DNA of 64,000 nucleotides from an uncultured Bacilli bacterium (GTDB lineage Bacteria; Bacillota_I; Bacilli_A; RF39; UBA660): NCBI GenBank assembly GCA_934096945.1, contig CAKOND010000002.1, positions 45,975 to 109,974 of the forward strand, read 5' to 3'. Shown piece by piece: positions 1 to 9,285 of this stretch (position 1 is its first letter; each line of letters starts with the position of its first letter). The notes under the pieces were generated by a model. It saw only the letters and a program-made list of their open reading frames with translations, ran no database searches and was not told where the DNA came from. The position numbers and the translations under genes were made by a program.

Positions 1-1
1 T

Positions 2-1234
2 AGATTAAATGGATATAGGTCTTTTGTGAGTCAAGATATGCCTAAGTTTGGACCAGAAATTAATCTTAATTTTGATGATGTTATTTATTATAAGAGTAAT
101 GATGCTGATAAAAGACTTGAAAATAATTGGAATAATATTTTAAAACCTGTAGTTGATGAGCTTGATAGTGTTGGTGTTTTAGAAAGCGAAAAACATTTTG
201 GTGGCATGGGTGTTCAATATGAAAGTGAAGTAATTTATCATAATATGATTGATGAACTTGAAAAGAAACATGTTATTTTTACATCAATTGAAGATGCTAT
301 TAAAAGGTATCCTGATTTAGTTAAAAAGTATTTCGGTAAAATTGTGTCTTTCGCTGAAAATAAATTTGCTGCCTTAAATGCGGCGGTATTTAGTGGTGGT
401 TCCTTTATTTATGTTCCTAAAAATACAGTGCTTGATAGACCACTTCAAAGTTATTTTAGAATTAATAGTAAAAATATGGGACAATTTGAAAGGACACTTA
501 TAATTGTTGATGATAATTCTAGTTTGCATTATGTTGAAGGGTGTACTGCACCTAGTTATAGTGAGTCTAGTTTGCATGCTGCAATTGTGGAAATTTATGT
601 TGGTAAAAATGCTAAATGTAGATATTCTACGGTACAAAATTGGGCTACAAATGTGTATAATTTAGTAACTAAAAGAGCTGTAGTGGATGATAATGGCATA
701 ATGGAATGGATTGATGGTAATATTGGTTCTAAAGTTACGATGAAATATCCTTGTTGTGTATTAAAAGGTGATAATTCCAGAGGAACATGTATTACAATAA
801 GTGTTGCTAAATCTAATCAAGAACAAGATAGTGGTGCTCGAATGATACATATTGGCAAGAATACAAAAAGTAATATTGTTTCTAAAAGTATAGCAGGTTC
901 TGGTGGAAATGCCACATATCGTGGAAAAGTTGATATTAAAAAAAGTGCAATTAATAGTGAAGCAATGGTTAAATGTGATAGCTTAATACTTGATGATAAA
1001 TCGATGAGTGATACAATACCTGTGAATGTTGTGGGTAATATATCTAGTAATATTGAGCACGAAGCAACTGTTTCTAAAATTAGTGATGATGTGTTATTTT
1101 ATTTAATGAGTAGAGGTATTCCTGAAGAGAGAGCAACTGAGCTTATAGTACTTGGTTTTATAGATGAATTTAAAGAAGAACTTCCGATGGAATATGCTGT
1201 TGAGTTAAATCAATTAATAAGGAGAAATTTGTGA
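2..1234 (+). CDS. sufB: Fe-S cluster assembly protein SufB, 5' end cut by window edge
   Basis: The frame of ORF 26..1234 stays open back to nt 2. The translation shows SufB-type motifs (FIYVPKN, HYVEGCTAP, HEATVSKISDD..LFYLMSRGI). Confidence 0.9.
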   Translation, partial: RLNGYRSFVSQDMPKFGPEINLNFDDVIYYKSNDADKRLENNWNNILKPVVDELDSVGVLESEKHFGGMGVQYESEVIYHNMIDELEKKHVIFTSIEDAIKRYPDLVKKYFGKIVSFAENKFAALNAAVFSGGSFIYVPKNTVLDRPLQSYFRINSKNMGQFERTLIIVDDNSSLHYVEGCTAPSYSESSLHAAIVEIYVGKNAKCRYSTVQNWATNVYNLVTKRAVVDDNGIMEWIDGNIGSKVTMKYPCCVLKGDNSRGTCITISVAKSNQEQDSGARMIHIGKNTKSNIVSKSIAGSGGNATYRGKVDIKKSAINSEAMVKCDSLILDDKSMSDTIPVNVVGNISSNIEHEATVSKISDDVLFYLMSRGIPEERATELIVLGFIDEFKEELPMEYAVELNQLIRRNL

Positions 1235-1306
1235 TAATTCACAAATTTTTTCTTGTGTAAAAGTGTTATTTTTGGTACAATATACCTAGTTAAGAAGGCG
1301 GAGAAA

Positions 1307-1579
1307 ATGAAAATTAATTTTGATAAAATAGAACATATTTATGGAAAAAGTGTAATTGATAGTATTTATGATATGAGAGAAGATATTATGAAAAATGTTG
1401 AGTACTTTTATATGCTTGGTTTTAGTGATACAGAAGATATATTTGAAAGACAAGTTATGTTTTTTATATGTAGTCATGATGAATTTAAAGATAAAATGAA
1501 TAAATTGATAAATAAGCTTGGTGCTAATTATGTAGAAATGGTGGAGGAAGATATTAGTTTACTTGATGAACTTTTGTAA
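1307..1579 (+). CDS. small hypothetical helical protein (91 aa) upstream of the repeat-protein array
   Basis: ATG 1307 lies behind an AAGGCGGAG SD inside ORF 1253..1579. It carries an LGFSDTEDIF-type motif resembling the terminal domains of the downstream paralogues. No family recognised. Confidence 0.5.
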   Translation: MKINFDKIEHIYGKSVIDSIYDMREDIMKNVEYFYMLGFSDTEDIFERQVMFFICSHDEFKDKMNKLINKLGANYVEMVEEDISLLDELL

Positions 1580-1591
1580 TGGGGGATTTTT

Positions 1592-3142
1592 ATGATTGGA
1601 AAATATGAGTTAGATGAATTGCTTAGCAAATATGGTGTTGATGCAAGTAAGGTTGTAGGTAAAAATAGCAATGTATTAACATATGGTGAATATCAAGAGA
1701 TTAAAAATGTTCTTGAGTTTTTAGTGTGTGAATGCAGGATTAGTCCAAGAAATATTGAGAAGTGTCCAAGTATACTTTCATATAACACACAAAATATCAG
1801 AGAAAATTATGAATTTTTAAAAAATAGTAACGTTAATTTAAGCAGTGTTGGAACTACATTACATGTTTTATGTGCAAATCCTAACGATTTAAAGAAAACT
1901 TATAAATATATTTTAGAAAATTATGGAATGGGATATATTAATAGAACAACATCGATATTAGCTATTAATGTTGATAGAATTAAAGAAATAGAAAAAATGT
2001 TAGATGATAAGTCTTTGGTGATTTCAGCTGCAGTATCCCGTTTATCTATAGCTGATATATTAAAAGATATAACTTTTTGTAAAAAAAATAATATTCCGAT
2101 TACAGTCATTGTGTTTCAAAAAAAGTCGGATGAAATAGAAAGAATAGTAAAGGTTTGTAAAGAAAACAAAATTTCAATCACAGATAGCGTTTTTCGCCAA
2201 ACAGCTGATGAAATAGAAAGAATAATTAAGGTTTGTAAAGAAAATAATATTTTAATTTCAGACAGTGTTTTTCGCCAAACAGCAGGTGAAATAGAGAGAA
2301 TAATAAAGGTTTGTCAAGAAAATAATATTCCAATCACAGGAAGTGTGTTTAAAAAAAAGTCGGATGAAATAGAAAGAATAGTAAAGGTTTGTCAAAAAAA
2401 TAATATTCCTATAATGGGAGATGTTTTTCGAAGAACTGCTGATGAAATAGAACAAATAATTATAATATGTAATGAAAATAATGTTCCTATAACGGGAAGT
2501 GTGTTTAAAAAAACAGCAGATGAAATAGAAAGAATAGTAAAGGTTTGTCAAGAAAATAACATACCAATAATAGATAGTGCGTTTTTAAAAACAGCAGCTG
2601 AAATAGAAAAAATAATTAAAGTTTGCCAAGAAAATAATATACCAATAACAGGAAGTGTGTTTTATAAAACAGCAGCTGAAATAGAAAAAATAATAAAAAT
2701 TTGCCAAGAAAATAATATACCAATAACAGGTAGTGTGTTTAAAAAAACAGCAGATGAAATAGAAGAAATAGTAAAAGTTTGCCGAGAAAATAATATAATA
2801 ATATCAGGCAGTTTATTTAATAAAAATGCAGAAGATCTACAGGCTTCAATTGATTATGTAAAAAGTGCTTATGGACAAGAATATTTAGTTCCATTGGTAG
2901 TTAATAAAAATGTAAAACATTTACAAGAAGTGTTTCCTTATTTAGATTTTTTAGGTTTACTTCCGTATGTTATAAAAAGTGCATCTATTTTGTTGTTGAC
3001 TTTGGATGAAATAATGGAAAGAAAAGAATATATAGAAAGTCATGGAGAAAGTCTAGTAACGAAAACGGGTAGATTTAATTCTATATTTGGTCTTTCAAAG
3101 AAAAATTATGAAAAATTATGTGGTATGCGGGTGAGGTTATGA
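1592..3142 (+). CDS. 26-residue tandem-repeat protein, paralogue 1 (10 units), function unknown
   Basis: SD GGGGGA precedes the start. The N-domain begins MIGKYELDELLSKYGVD. Ten units follow the pattern DEIERIIKVCKENNIPITGSVFxKTA, then a C-domain SIDYVKSAYGQEYL. The stop overlaps the next start as ATGA. Confidence 0.85.
   Translation: MIGKYELDELLSKYGVDASKVVGKNSNVLTYGEYQEIKNVLEFLVCECRISPRNIEKCPSILSYNTQNIRENYEFLKNSNVNLSSVGTTLHVLCANPNDLKKTYKYILENYGMGYINRTTSILAINVDRIKEIEKMLDDKSLVISAAVSRLSIADILKDITFCKKNNIPITVIVFQKKSDEIERIVKVCKENKISITDSVFRQTADEIERIIKVCKENNILISDSVFRQTAGEIERIIKVCQENNIPITGSVFKKKSDEIERIVKVCQKNNIPIMGDVFRRTADEIEQIIIICNENNVPITGSVFKKTADEIERIVKVCQENNIPIIDSAFLKTAAEIEKIIKVCQENNIPITGSVFYKTAAEIEKIIKICQENNIPITGSVFKKTADEIEEIVKVCRENNIIISGSLFNKNAEDLQASIDYVKSAYGQEYLVPLVVNKNVKHLQEVFPYLDFLGLLPYVIKSASILLLTLDEIMERKEYIESHGESLVTKTGRFNSIFGLSKKNYEKLCGMRVRL
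2078..2842 (+). repeat. 78-nt tandem coding repeats in paralogue 1
   Basis: gatgaaatagaaag recurs with a 78-nt period (e.g. 2129 and 2207). Confidence 0.9.
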
Positions 3143-4767
3143 TTGGAAGTTATGAGTTAGGTGAATTGCTTAGCAAATATGGGGTTGATGAAAAGAAGGT
3201 TGTAAGAAAAAATGATAATGTATTAACGTATGGTGAGTATCAAGAGATTAAAAATGTTCTTGAATTTTTAGTGCATGAATGTGGAATTAGCCCTAGAAAT
3301 ATTGAGAAGTGTCCAAGTATACTTTCATATAACACACAAAATATCAGAGAAAATTATAAGTTTTTAAAAAATAGTAACATTAATTTAAGCAGTGTTGGAA
3401 CTACATTACATGTTTTATGTGCAAATCCTAGTGATTTAAAGGAAACTTATAATTATGTTTTAGAAAATTATGGAATGGGATATATTAATAGAACAACATC
3501 GATATTAGCTATTAATGTTGATAGAATTAAGAAAATCGAAAAAATGTTAAATGATAAGTCTTTGGTGATTTCAGCTGCAGTATCCCGTTTATCTATAGCT
3601 GATATATTAAAAGATATAACTTTTTGTAAAAAAAATAATATTCCGATTACAGTCATTGTGTTTCAAAAAAAGTCGGATGAAATAGAAAGAATAGTAAAGG
3701 TTTGTAAAGAAAATAATATACCAATAACAGGAGGTGTTTTTCGAAGAACTGCTGATGAAATAGAAAAAATAATTATAATATGTAATGAAAATAATATTCC
3801 TATAACGGGAAGTGTTTTTCAAAAAAATGTTGAAGAAATAAAAAAGATAATTGCTATTTGTCAAGAAAATAATATTTTAATTACAGGCGGTGTGTTCTTA
3901 AAAACAGCAAATGAAATAGAACAAATAATTAAGGTTTGTAAAGAGAATAACATACCAATAACAGGCAGTGTGTTCTTAAAATCAGCGGACGAAATAGAAA
4001 GAATAGTAAAGGTTTGTAAGGAAAATAATATACCAATAACAGGAAATGTTTTTCGAAGAACTGTTGATGAAATAGAACAAATAATTATAATATGTAAAGA
4101 AAATAATATTCCTATAACGGGAAGTGTTTTTCAAAAAAATGTTGATGAAATAAAAAAGATAATTGCTATTTGTCAAGAAAATAATATTTCAATAATAGGA
4201 AATGTGTTTCTGAAAACAGCAGATGAAATAGAAAGAATAATAAAGATTTGTCAAGAAAACAATACTCCAATATTAGGTAGTGTGTTCTTAAAATCAGCAG
4301 ATGAAATAGAAAAAATAATCAAGGTATGCAAGAAAAATAATATTCCGATAACAGGAAATGTGTTTCTGAAAACAGCAGATGAAATAGAAAGAATAATTAA
4401 GATTTGTCAAGAAAATAATATACTGATTACAGGCAGTGTGTTTCAAAAAAAAGTTGCTGAATTACAAGTTTCAATCGATTATGTAAAAAGTGTTTATGGT
4501 CAAGAATATTTAGTTCCTCTGGTAGTTAATAAGAATGTAAAACATTTACAAGAAGTATTGCCTTATTTAGATTCTTTGGGTTTACTTCCATATGTTATTA
4601 AAAGTGCATCTATTTTGTTGTTGACTTTGGATGAAATAATAGAAAGAAAAGAATATATAGAAAGTCATGGAGAAAGTCTGGTAACTAAAACAGGTAGGTT
4701 TAATTCTGTATTTGGCCTTTCAAAGAAAAATTATGAAAAATTACGTGGTATGCAGGTGAATTTATGA
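3139..4767 (+). CDS. 26-residue tandem-repeat protein, paralogue 2 (11 units)
   Basis: Start placed at MIGSYEL (ATG 3139, SD GGTGAGG) rather than ORF-track 3118. Same three-part architecture, with ATGA overlaps at both ends. Confidence 0.85.
   Translation: MIGSYELGELLSKYGVDEKKVVRKNDNVLTYGEYQEIKNVLEFLVHECGISPRNIEKCPSILSYNTQNIRENYKFLKNSNINLSSVGTTLHVLCANPSDLKETYNYVLENYGMGYINRTTSILAINVDRIKKIEKMLNDKSLVISAAVSRLSIADILKDITFCKKNNIPITVIVFQKKSDEIERIVKVCKENNIPITGGVFRRTADEIEKIIIICNENNIPITGSVFQKNVEEIKKIIAICQENNILITGGVFLKTANEIEQIIKVCKENNIPITGSVFLKSADEIERIVKVCKENNIPITGNVFRRTVDEIEQIIIICKENNIPITGSVFQKNVDEIKKIIAICQENNISIIGNVFLKTADEIERIIKICQENNTPILGSVFLKSADEIEKIIKVCKKNNIPITGNVFLKTADEIERIIKICQENNILITGSVFQKKVAELQVSIDYVKSVYGQEYLVPLVVNKNVKHLQEVLPYLDSLGLLPYVIKSASILLLTLDEIIERKEYIESHGESLVTKTGRFNSVFGLSKKNYEKLRGMQVNL
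3625..4466 (+). repeat. 78-nt tandem coding repeats in paralogue 2
   Basis: Same unit as paralogue 1; 11 Cys-containing units counted in the translation. Confidence 0.9.
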
Positions 4768-6314
4768 TTGGAAGTTATGAGTTAGGTGAACTGCTCAGCA
4801 AATATAATGTTGATGCAAGTAAGGTTGTAAGAAAAAATGATAATGTATTAACGTATGGTGAGTATCAAGAGATTAAAAATGTTCTTGAGTTTTTGGTGCG
4901 TGAATGTGGAATTAGTCCTAGAAATATAGAGAAATGTCCAAGTGTACTTTCATATAACACACAAAATATCAGAGAAAATTATGAATTTTTAAAAAATAGT
5001 AATGTTAATTTAAGTAATGTTGAAACTACATTACATGTTTTATGTGCAAATCCTAGTGATTTAAAGGAAACTTATAATTATGTTTTAGAAAATTATGGAA
5101 TGGGATATATTAATAGAACAACATCGATATTAGCTATTAATGTTGATAGAATTAAGAAAATCGAAAAAATGTTAAATGATAAGTCTTTGGTGATTTCAGC
5201 TGCAGTATCCCGTTTATCTATAGCTGATATATTAAAAGATATAACTTTTTGTAAAAAAAATAATATTCCGATTACAGGAAGTGTGTTTCAAAAAAAGTCG
5301 GATGAAATAGAAAGAATAGTAAAGGTTTGTAAAGAAAACAAAATTTCAATCTCAGATAGCTTTTTTCGCCAAACAACTGATGAAATAGAAAGAATAATAA
5401 AGGTTTGTAAAGAAAATAATATTTTAATCTCAGACAGTGTTTTTCGACAAACAGCAGATGAAATAGAAAGAATAATAAAGGTTTGTAAAGAAAATAATAT
5501 TCCGATCACAGCAAGTGTGTTTCAAAAAAAGTCAGATGAAATAGAAAGAATAGTAAAGGTTTGTCAAAAAAATAATATTCCTATAATGGGAAATGTTTTT
5601 CGAAGAACTGCTGATGAAATAGAACAAATAATTATAATATGTAATGAAAATAATGTTCCTATAACGGGAAGTGTTTTTCAAAAAAATGTTGATGAAATAA
5701 AAAAGATAATTGCTATTTGTCAAGAAAATAATATTTCAATAACAGGAAATGTGTTTTTAAAAACAGCAGATGAAATAGAAAGAATAATAAAGATTTGTCA
5801 AGAAAACAATACTCCAATATTAGGTAGTGTGTTTTATAAGACAGCTGATGAAATAGAAAGAATAATAAAGGTTTGTAAAGAAAATAATATTTCGATAACA
5901 GGCAGTGTTTTTCAAAAAAATGTTGATGAAATAAAAAAGATAATTGCTATTTGTCAAGAAAATAATATATTAATAACGGGTAGTATATTTTATAAAAATG
6001 CAGATGAATTACAAGCTTCAATTGATTATGTAAAAAGTGTTTATGGCCAACAATATTTAGTTCCTTTGGTGGTTAATAAAAATGTAAAACATTTACAAGA
6101 AGTATTGCCTTATTTAGATTCTTTAAGTTTACTTCTGTATGTTATTAAAAGTGCATCTATTTTGTTGTTGACTTTGGATGAAATAATGGAAAGAAAAGAA
6201 TATATAGAAAGTCATGGAGAAAGTCTGGTAACTAAAACAGGTAGGTTTAATTCTGTATTTGGCCTCTCAAAGAAAAATTATGAAAAATTATGTGGTATGC
6301 AGGTGGAGTTATGA
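4764..6314 (+). CDS. 26-residue tandem-repeat protein, paralogue 3 (10 units)
   Basis: Same architecture. N- and C-domains are near-identical to paralogues 1 and 2. ATGA overlaps at both ends. Confidence 0.85.
   Translation: MIGSYELGELLSKYNVDASKVVRKNDNVLTYGEYQEIKNVLEFLVRECGISPRNIEKCPSVLSYNTQNIRENYEFLKNSNVNLSNVETTLHVLCANPSDLKETYNYVLENYGMGYINRTTSILAINVDRIKKIEKMLNDKSLVISAAVSRLSIADILKDITFCKKNNIPITGSVFQKKSDEIERIVKVCKENKISISDSFFRQTTDEIERIIKVCKENNILISDSVFRQTADEIERIIKVCKENNIPITASVFQKKSDEIERIVKVCQKNNIPIMGNVFRRTADEIEQIIIICNENNVPITGSVFQKNVDEIKKIIAICQENNISITGNVFLKTADEIERIIKICQENNTPILGSVFYKTADEIERIIKVCKENNISITGSVFQKNVDEIKKIIAICQENNILITGSIFYKNADELQASIDYVKSVYGQQYLVPLVVNKNVKHLQEVLPYLDSLSLLLYVIKSASILLLTLDEIMERKEYIESHGESLVTKTGRFNSVFGLSKKNYEKLCGMQVEL
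5250..6014 (+). repeat. 78-nt tandem coding repeats in paralogue 3
   Basis: Same unit; 10 units counted in the translation. Confidence 0.9.
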
Positions 6315-8164
6315 TTGGAAATTATGAGTTAGATGAATTGTTAAGTGAATATGGTGTTGATGCAAATAAGGTTATAAGTAAGAATGATAAAGTATTAACA
6401 TATGGTGAATATCAAGGGATAAAAAGCGTTCTTGAGTTTTTAGTGCGTGAATGTGAAATTAGTCCAAGAAATATAGAGAAATGTCCAAGTCTTTTGTATC
6501 AAAATGCAACATATGTTAAACAAAATTATGCGTTATTAAAAATGAAAATATTGCCTGAAAGAATAAATATGGCTTTACATGTATTAGGTACTGATAGTGA
6601 AGAATTTAAGAAAACACTTGATTATGTAATAGAAAATTATGGTGTAGATAGACTAAATAAAACCTTATCTGTTCTTAGAGTTAATAAAAAAAGAATAGAA
6701 AAACTTGAAGAAGTAATTGATGATAAGGATATTGTTCTTCAGGTAGCTATTTTAAATATAGATGTAAGTGAAGTAAAGAAAATAGTTAAAGTTTGTAAGT
6801 ACCATGGAGTAAAATTGTATCCTGGTATGTTTAGAAAAGATGCAATTAATGTTGAGAGAATAATATATTTGTGTAAAAGAATAGGATTAGAACTAAGTAA
6901 TGGAATATTTTTTAGAACTGCGGATGAAGTACAAAATATAGTTAATACATGTAATAAAGAAAGTGTTGATATCTATGGTACAATGTTTAGATTGAGTGAT
7001 ATAGAAGTTAAAAGAGTAATAGAAGTATGTAAGAAAAATAATGTGAAAATTAATAGTAGAATGTTTCTAAGAAAAGCCGATGAAATAGAAAATATAATAA
7101 AATTGTGTAAAAAATATAATATAGAGCTTATGAATAGTATGCTTTATAAGACACCGGAAGAAGTAGAAAAAATAATACTTTTATGTAAAGAAGAACATAT
7201 TGATATAAGTGATGGTATTTTTGCTAAATCGGCGGAAGAAATAAAAAATATAATAAAAGTATGTAACAAGTATAAAGTAAAAGTGACTAGTAATGTTTTT
7301 AGTAGAAGTGCTTTTGAAATAGTAAAAATAATTGAACTTTGTCAAAATAATGGAGTGCCTATTACAAGTAGTGTGTTTTTTAAAAAGTGTGAAGATATTG
7401 AAAAGGTAATAAAAGTATGTAAAAAATATGGCGTTGCTTTAAGTGGAAATGTTTTTAATAAACCTAGTGAAGAGATAGAAAAGATAGTAAAAATTTGTGA
7501 AAAATATGGATTATCTATGACGGGTAGTATGTTTATGAAAACAAGCTCGGAGTTGGAAAAGATAATACTTGTTTGTAAAAAATATGATGTACCTGTGACG
7601 GGAAGTTGTTTTTATAAAAATGCAGATGTTTTAGAAGAAATTATTAAGGTTTGTAAGGAATATGGACTCGAAATAAAGGGAAATATTTTGAAGCAAGAAC
7701 CTGATGAAATAAAGATGATAATTAGTTTGTGCAAAAAATATAATTTAGAAGTTATAAATAGTATGTTTATTAGAAATGCTCAAGAATTTGAAAACATTGT
7801 TAATTTATGTAATAAAGAAGGAATTAGTATTTTGCCAAGTATTTTTTTACAATCTTTTAAAGAACTTAAAAAATCAATAATATATGTGAAATCTAATTTT
7901 GGTAAAGAATATTTAACTGTGCTTGTTGTTAATAAAAATGTTAAATATTTGGAAGTTGTTTTGCCTTATTTAAATGAACTAGGTGTGCTTTCAGTTGTTA
8001 TTAAAAGTGCATCAATTTTAACTCTTAGTTTAGAAGAAATTAAGATGAGAAAGAAATATATTGAAAATAATGGTGAGGATATGGTTCTTCCAAGTGGAAA
8101 ATTTAATTCAGTGTTTGGACTTTCAAGAAAAAATTATGAAAGATTAGTGGGAATGGTTCGTTAA
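6311..8164 (+). CDS. 26-residue tandem-repeat protein, diverged paralogue 4 (14 units)
   Basis: Start placed at MIGNYEL (ATG 6311, SD GGTGGAG). There are 14 diverged units that keep the period and the single Cys (e.g. EEIEKIVKICEKYGLSMTGSMFMKTS). The terminal domains are conserved. Confidence 0.85.
   Translation: MIGNYELDELLSEYGVDANKVISKNDKVLTYGEYQGIKSVLEFLVRECEISPRNIEKCPSLLYQNATYVKQNYALLKMKILPERINMALHVLGTDSEEFKKTLDYVIENYGVDRLNKTLSVLRVNKKRIEKLEEVIDDKDIVLQVAILNIDVSEVKKIVKVCKYHGVKLYPGMFRKDAINVERIIYLCKRIGLELSNGIFFRTADEVQNIVNTCNKESVDIYGTMFRLSDIEVKRVIEVCKKNNVKINSRMFLRKADEIENIIKLCKKYNIELMNSMLYKTPEEVEKIILLCKEEHIDISDGIFAKSAEEIKNIIKVCNKYKVKVTSNVFSRSAFEIVKIIELCQNNGVPITSSVFFKKCEDIEKVIKVCKKYGVALSGNVFNKPSEEIEKIVKICEKYGLSMTGSMFMKTSSELEKIILVCKKYDVPVTGSCFYKNADVLEEIIKVCKEYGLEIKGNILKQEPDEIKMIISLCKKYNLEVINSMFIRNAQEFENIVNLCNKEGISILPSIFLQSFKELKKSIIYVKSNFGKEYLTVLVVNKNVKYLEVVLPYLNELGVLSVVIKSASILTLSLEEIKMRKKYIENNGEDMVLPSGKFNSVFGLSRKNYERLVGMVR
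6765..7860 (+). repeat. diverged 78-nt tandem coding repeats in paralogue 4
   Basis: 14 units with a conserved Cys and the hydrophobic pattern. Nucleotide identity between units is low. Confidence 0.8.
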
Positions 8165-8200
8165 ATTTGTAAATTTTTGCTTACATAAAAAAATAAAATG

Positions 8201-8209
8201 TGCTATAAT
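8201..8209 (+). promoter_or_regulatory. extended -10 element TGCTATAAT
   Basis: The 14-mer tgtgctataattga occurs here and again at 8706. Confidence 0.4.
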
Positions 8210-8210
8210 T

Positions 8211-8687
8211 GATTTTGCTAATGATTATTTAACTGTTATTTTGATAGGAATACCTTTTTATGTAATTGGTCAAGGTCTTAATGGAATAATTAGAGCTGAT
8301 GGAAGTCTAAAATATGATATGATTGCAACATTAAGTGGAGCTATATTAAATATTATTTTGGACCCAATTCTTGCTAAGAAGCATTGTGTTATTATTGGTA
8401 GATGCGCGGATTATATTTTGAAAGATAAAAAAGATGTATATAATGTTTTCTTATATAGTAGTATGGATAAAAAGATTGATAGAGTTACTAAGTATTATGG
8501 AATTGATGTGGAAAGGGCTAAAAATAAAATAAATAAAGTTAATAAAAGAAGAGCTAAACACTATGAATATTATACTAATCAAAAATGGAATGATGTAGGT
8601 AATTATGATTTAGCTGTAAATGTTGATACTTTAGGTGTTGAAAATACGGCTTTAATGATAAAAAATATAATAGAGAATGGAAAATAA
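8211..8687 (+). pseudogene. chimeric remnant: MATE-type efflux fragment fused in frame to the C-terminal half of a cytidylate-kinase-like (Cytidylate_kin2) protein
   Basis: DFANDYLTVILIGIPFYVIGQGLNGIIRADGS..LNIILDPIL is MATE-like. HCVIIGRCADYILKD...KVNKRRAKHYEYYTNQKWNDVGNYDLAVN is the cytidylate-kinase-like C-terminus. There is no ATG start and no P-loop half. Confidence 0.7.
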
Positions 8688-8707
8688 TGTTTTTATTCTC
8701 TTTTTTG

Positions 8708-8716
8708 TGCTATAAT
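8708..8716 (+). promoter_or_regulatory. extended -10 element TGCTATAAT for the 8737 gene
   Basis: TGnTATAAT lies 21 nt upstream of the ATG, with a GGAGG SD in between. Confidence 0.5.
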
Positions 8717-8736
8717 TGAAGTGGAGGTAAAATCTT

Positions 8737-9261
8737 ATGATGAAAAAACAATTAGTTGATTTAATTACATCTGTGTTTTTAATTATTTGTGGAAGTGTTA
8801 TGCTTTTGTTTCCACTTTTTCATTTTGTGAAGGTAAAAATTATATTTCTTGGAGTGCTTGGGGTATATACTATTCTTAATATGATTAAGTTTATGCTTAC
8901 ATGTAAAAGTGGTGACTATGAAGGTCTTTTTACTAGTTTAGCATCTATAGTGGTTTTTGGTGTTGCTATGTATTTGGATATTAATAAAGTTCCATGGTAT
9001 TTAGCTTTATGCTTACTTATTTGGATAATTTTATTATCACTTATTAAGCTAAAAAAAGGAGATTATTATAATGATAGAAAAAATAAGATGTGGATATTTG
9101 AAGTAATATGTTTGGTTTTGTTTATCTTAACTGGACTTCTTACGGCGATGAATTTATATTATGAAAATGATATACAAGTTCTTGTTCTTGGCTATTTCTT
9201 CCTTATACATGGAATGCTGGAACTATTTGATCCCCTTGTGATTTCAATAAAAATAAAATAA
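8737..9261 (+). CDS. multi-pass membrane protein, unknown function
   Basis: SD GGAGG. About five hydrophobic helices are visible in the translation. Confidence 0.7.
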   Translation: MMKKQLVDLITSVFLIICGSVMLLFPLFHFVKVKIIFLGVLGVYTILNMIKFMLTCKSGDYEGLFTSLASIVVFGVAMYLDINKVPWYLALCLLIWIILLSLIKLKKGDYYNDRKNKMWIFEVICLVLFILTGLLTAMNLYYENDIQVLVLGYFFLIHGMLELFDPLVISIKIK

Positions 9262-9285
9262 CGGATTAAAAGTCCGTTATTTGTT
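9260..9285. terminator. bidirectional hairpin between convergent genes
   Basis: aacgga-ttaaaag-tccgtt followed by a T-rich run. Confidence 0.6.

Noticed and set aside
2258-5723. Antisense ORFs inside the repeat genes (1921-2109, 2258-2551, 3468-3656, 3607-3864, 3982-4176, 5288-5509, 5532-5723, all minus strand).
   Set aside because: They are periodic artefacts of reading AT-rich 78-nt coding repeats backwards. They give low-complexity Y/F/I/N-rich translations, have no SD, and lie fully inside strongly supported plus-strand genes.
2078-7860. Regularly spaced direct repeats that might suggest a CRISPR array.
   Set aside because: The units are contiguous with no spacers, have a 78-nt period, are in frame, and translate into a conserved protein repeat.
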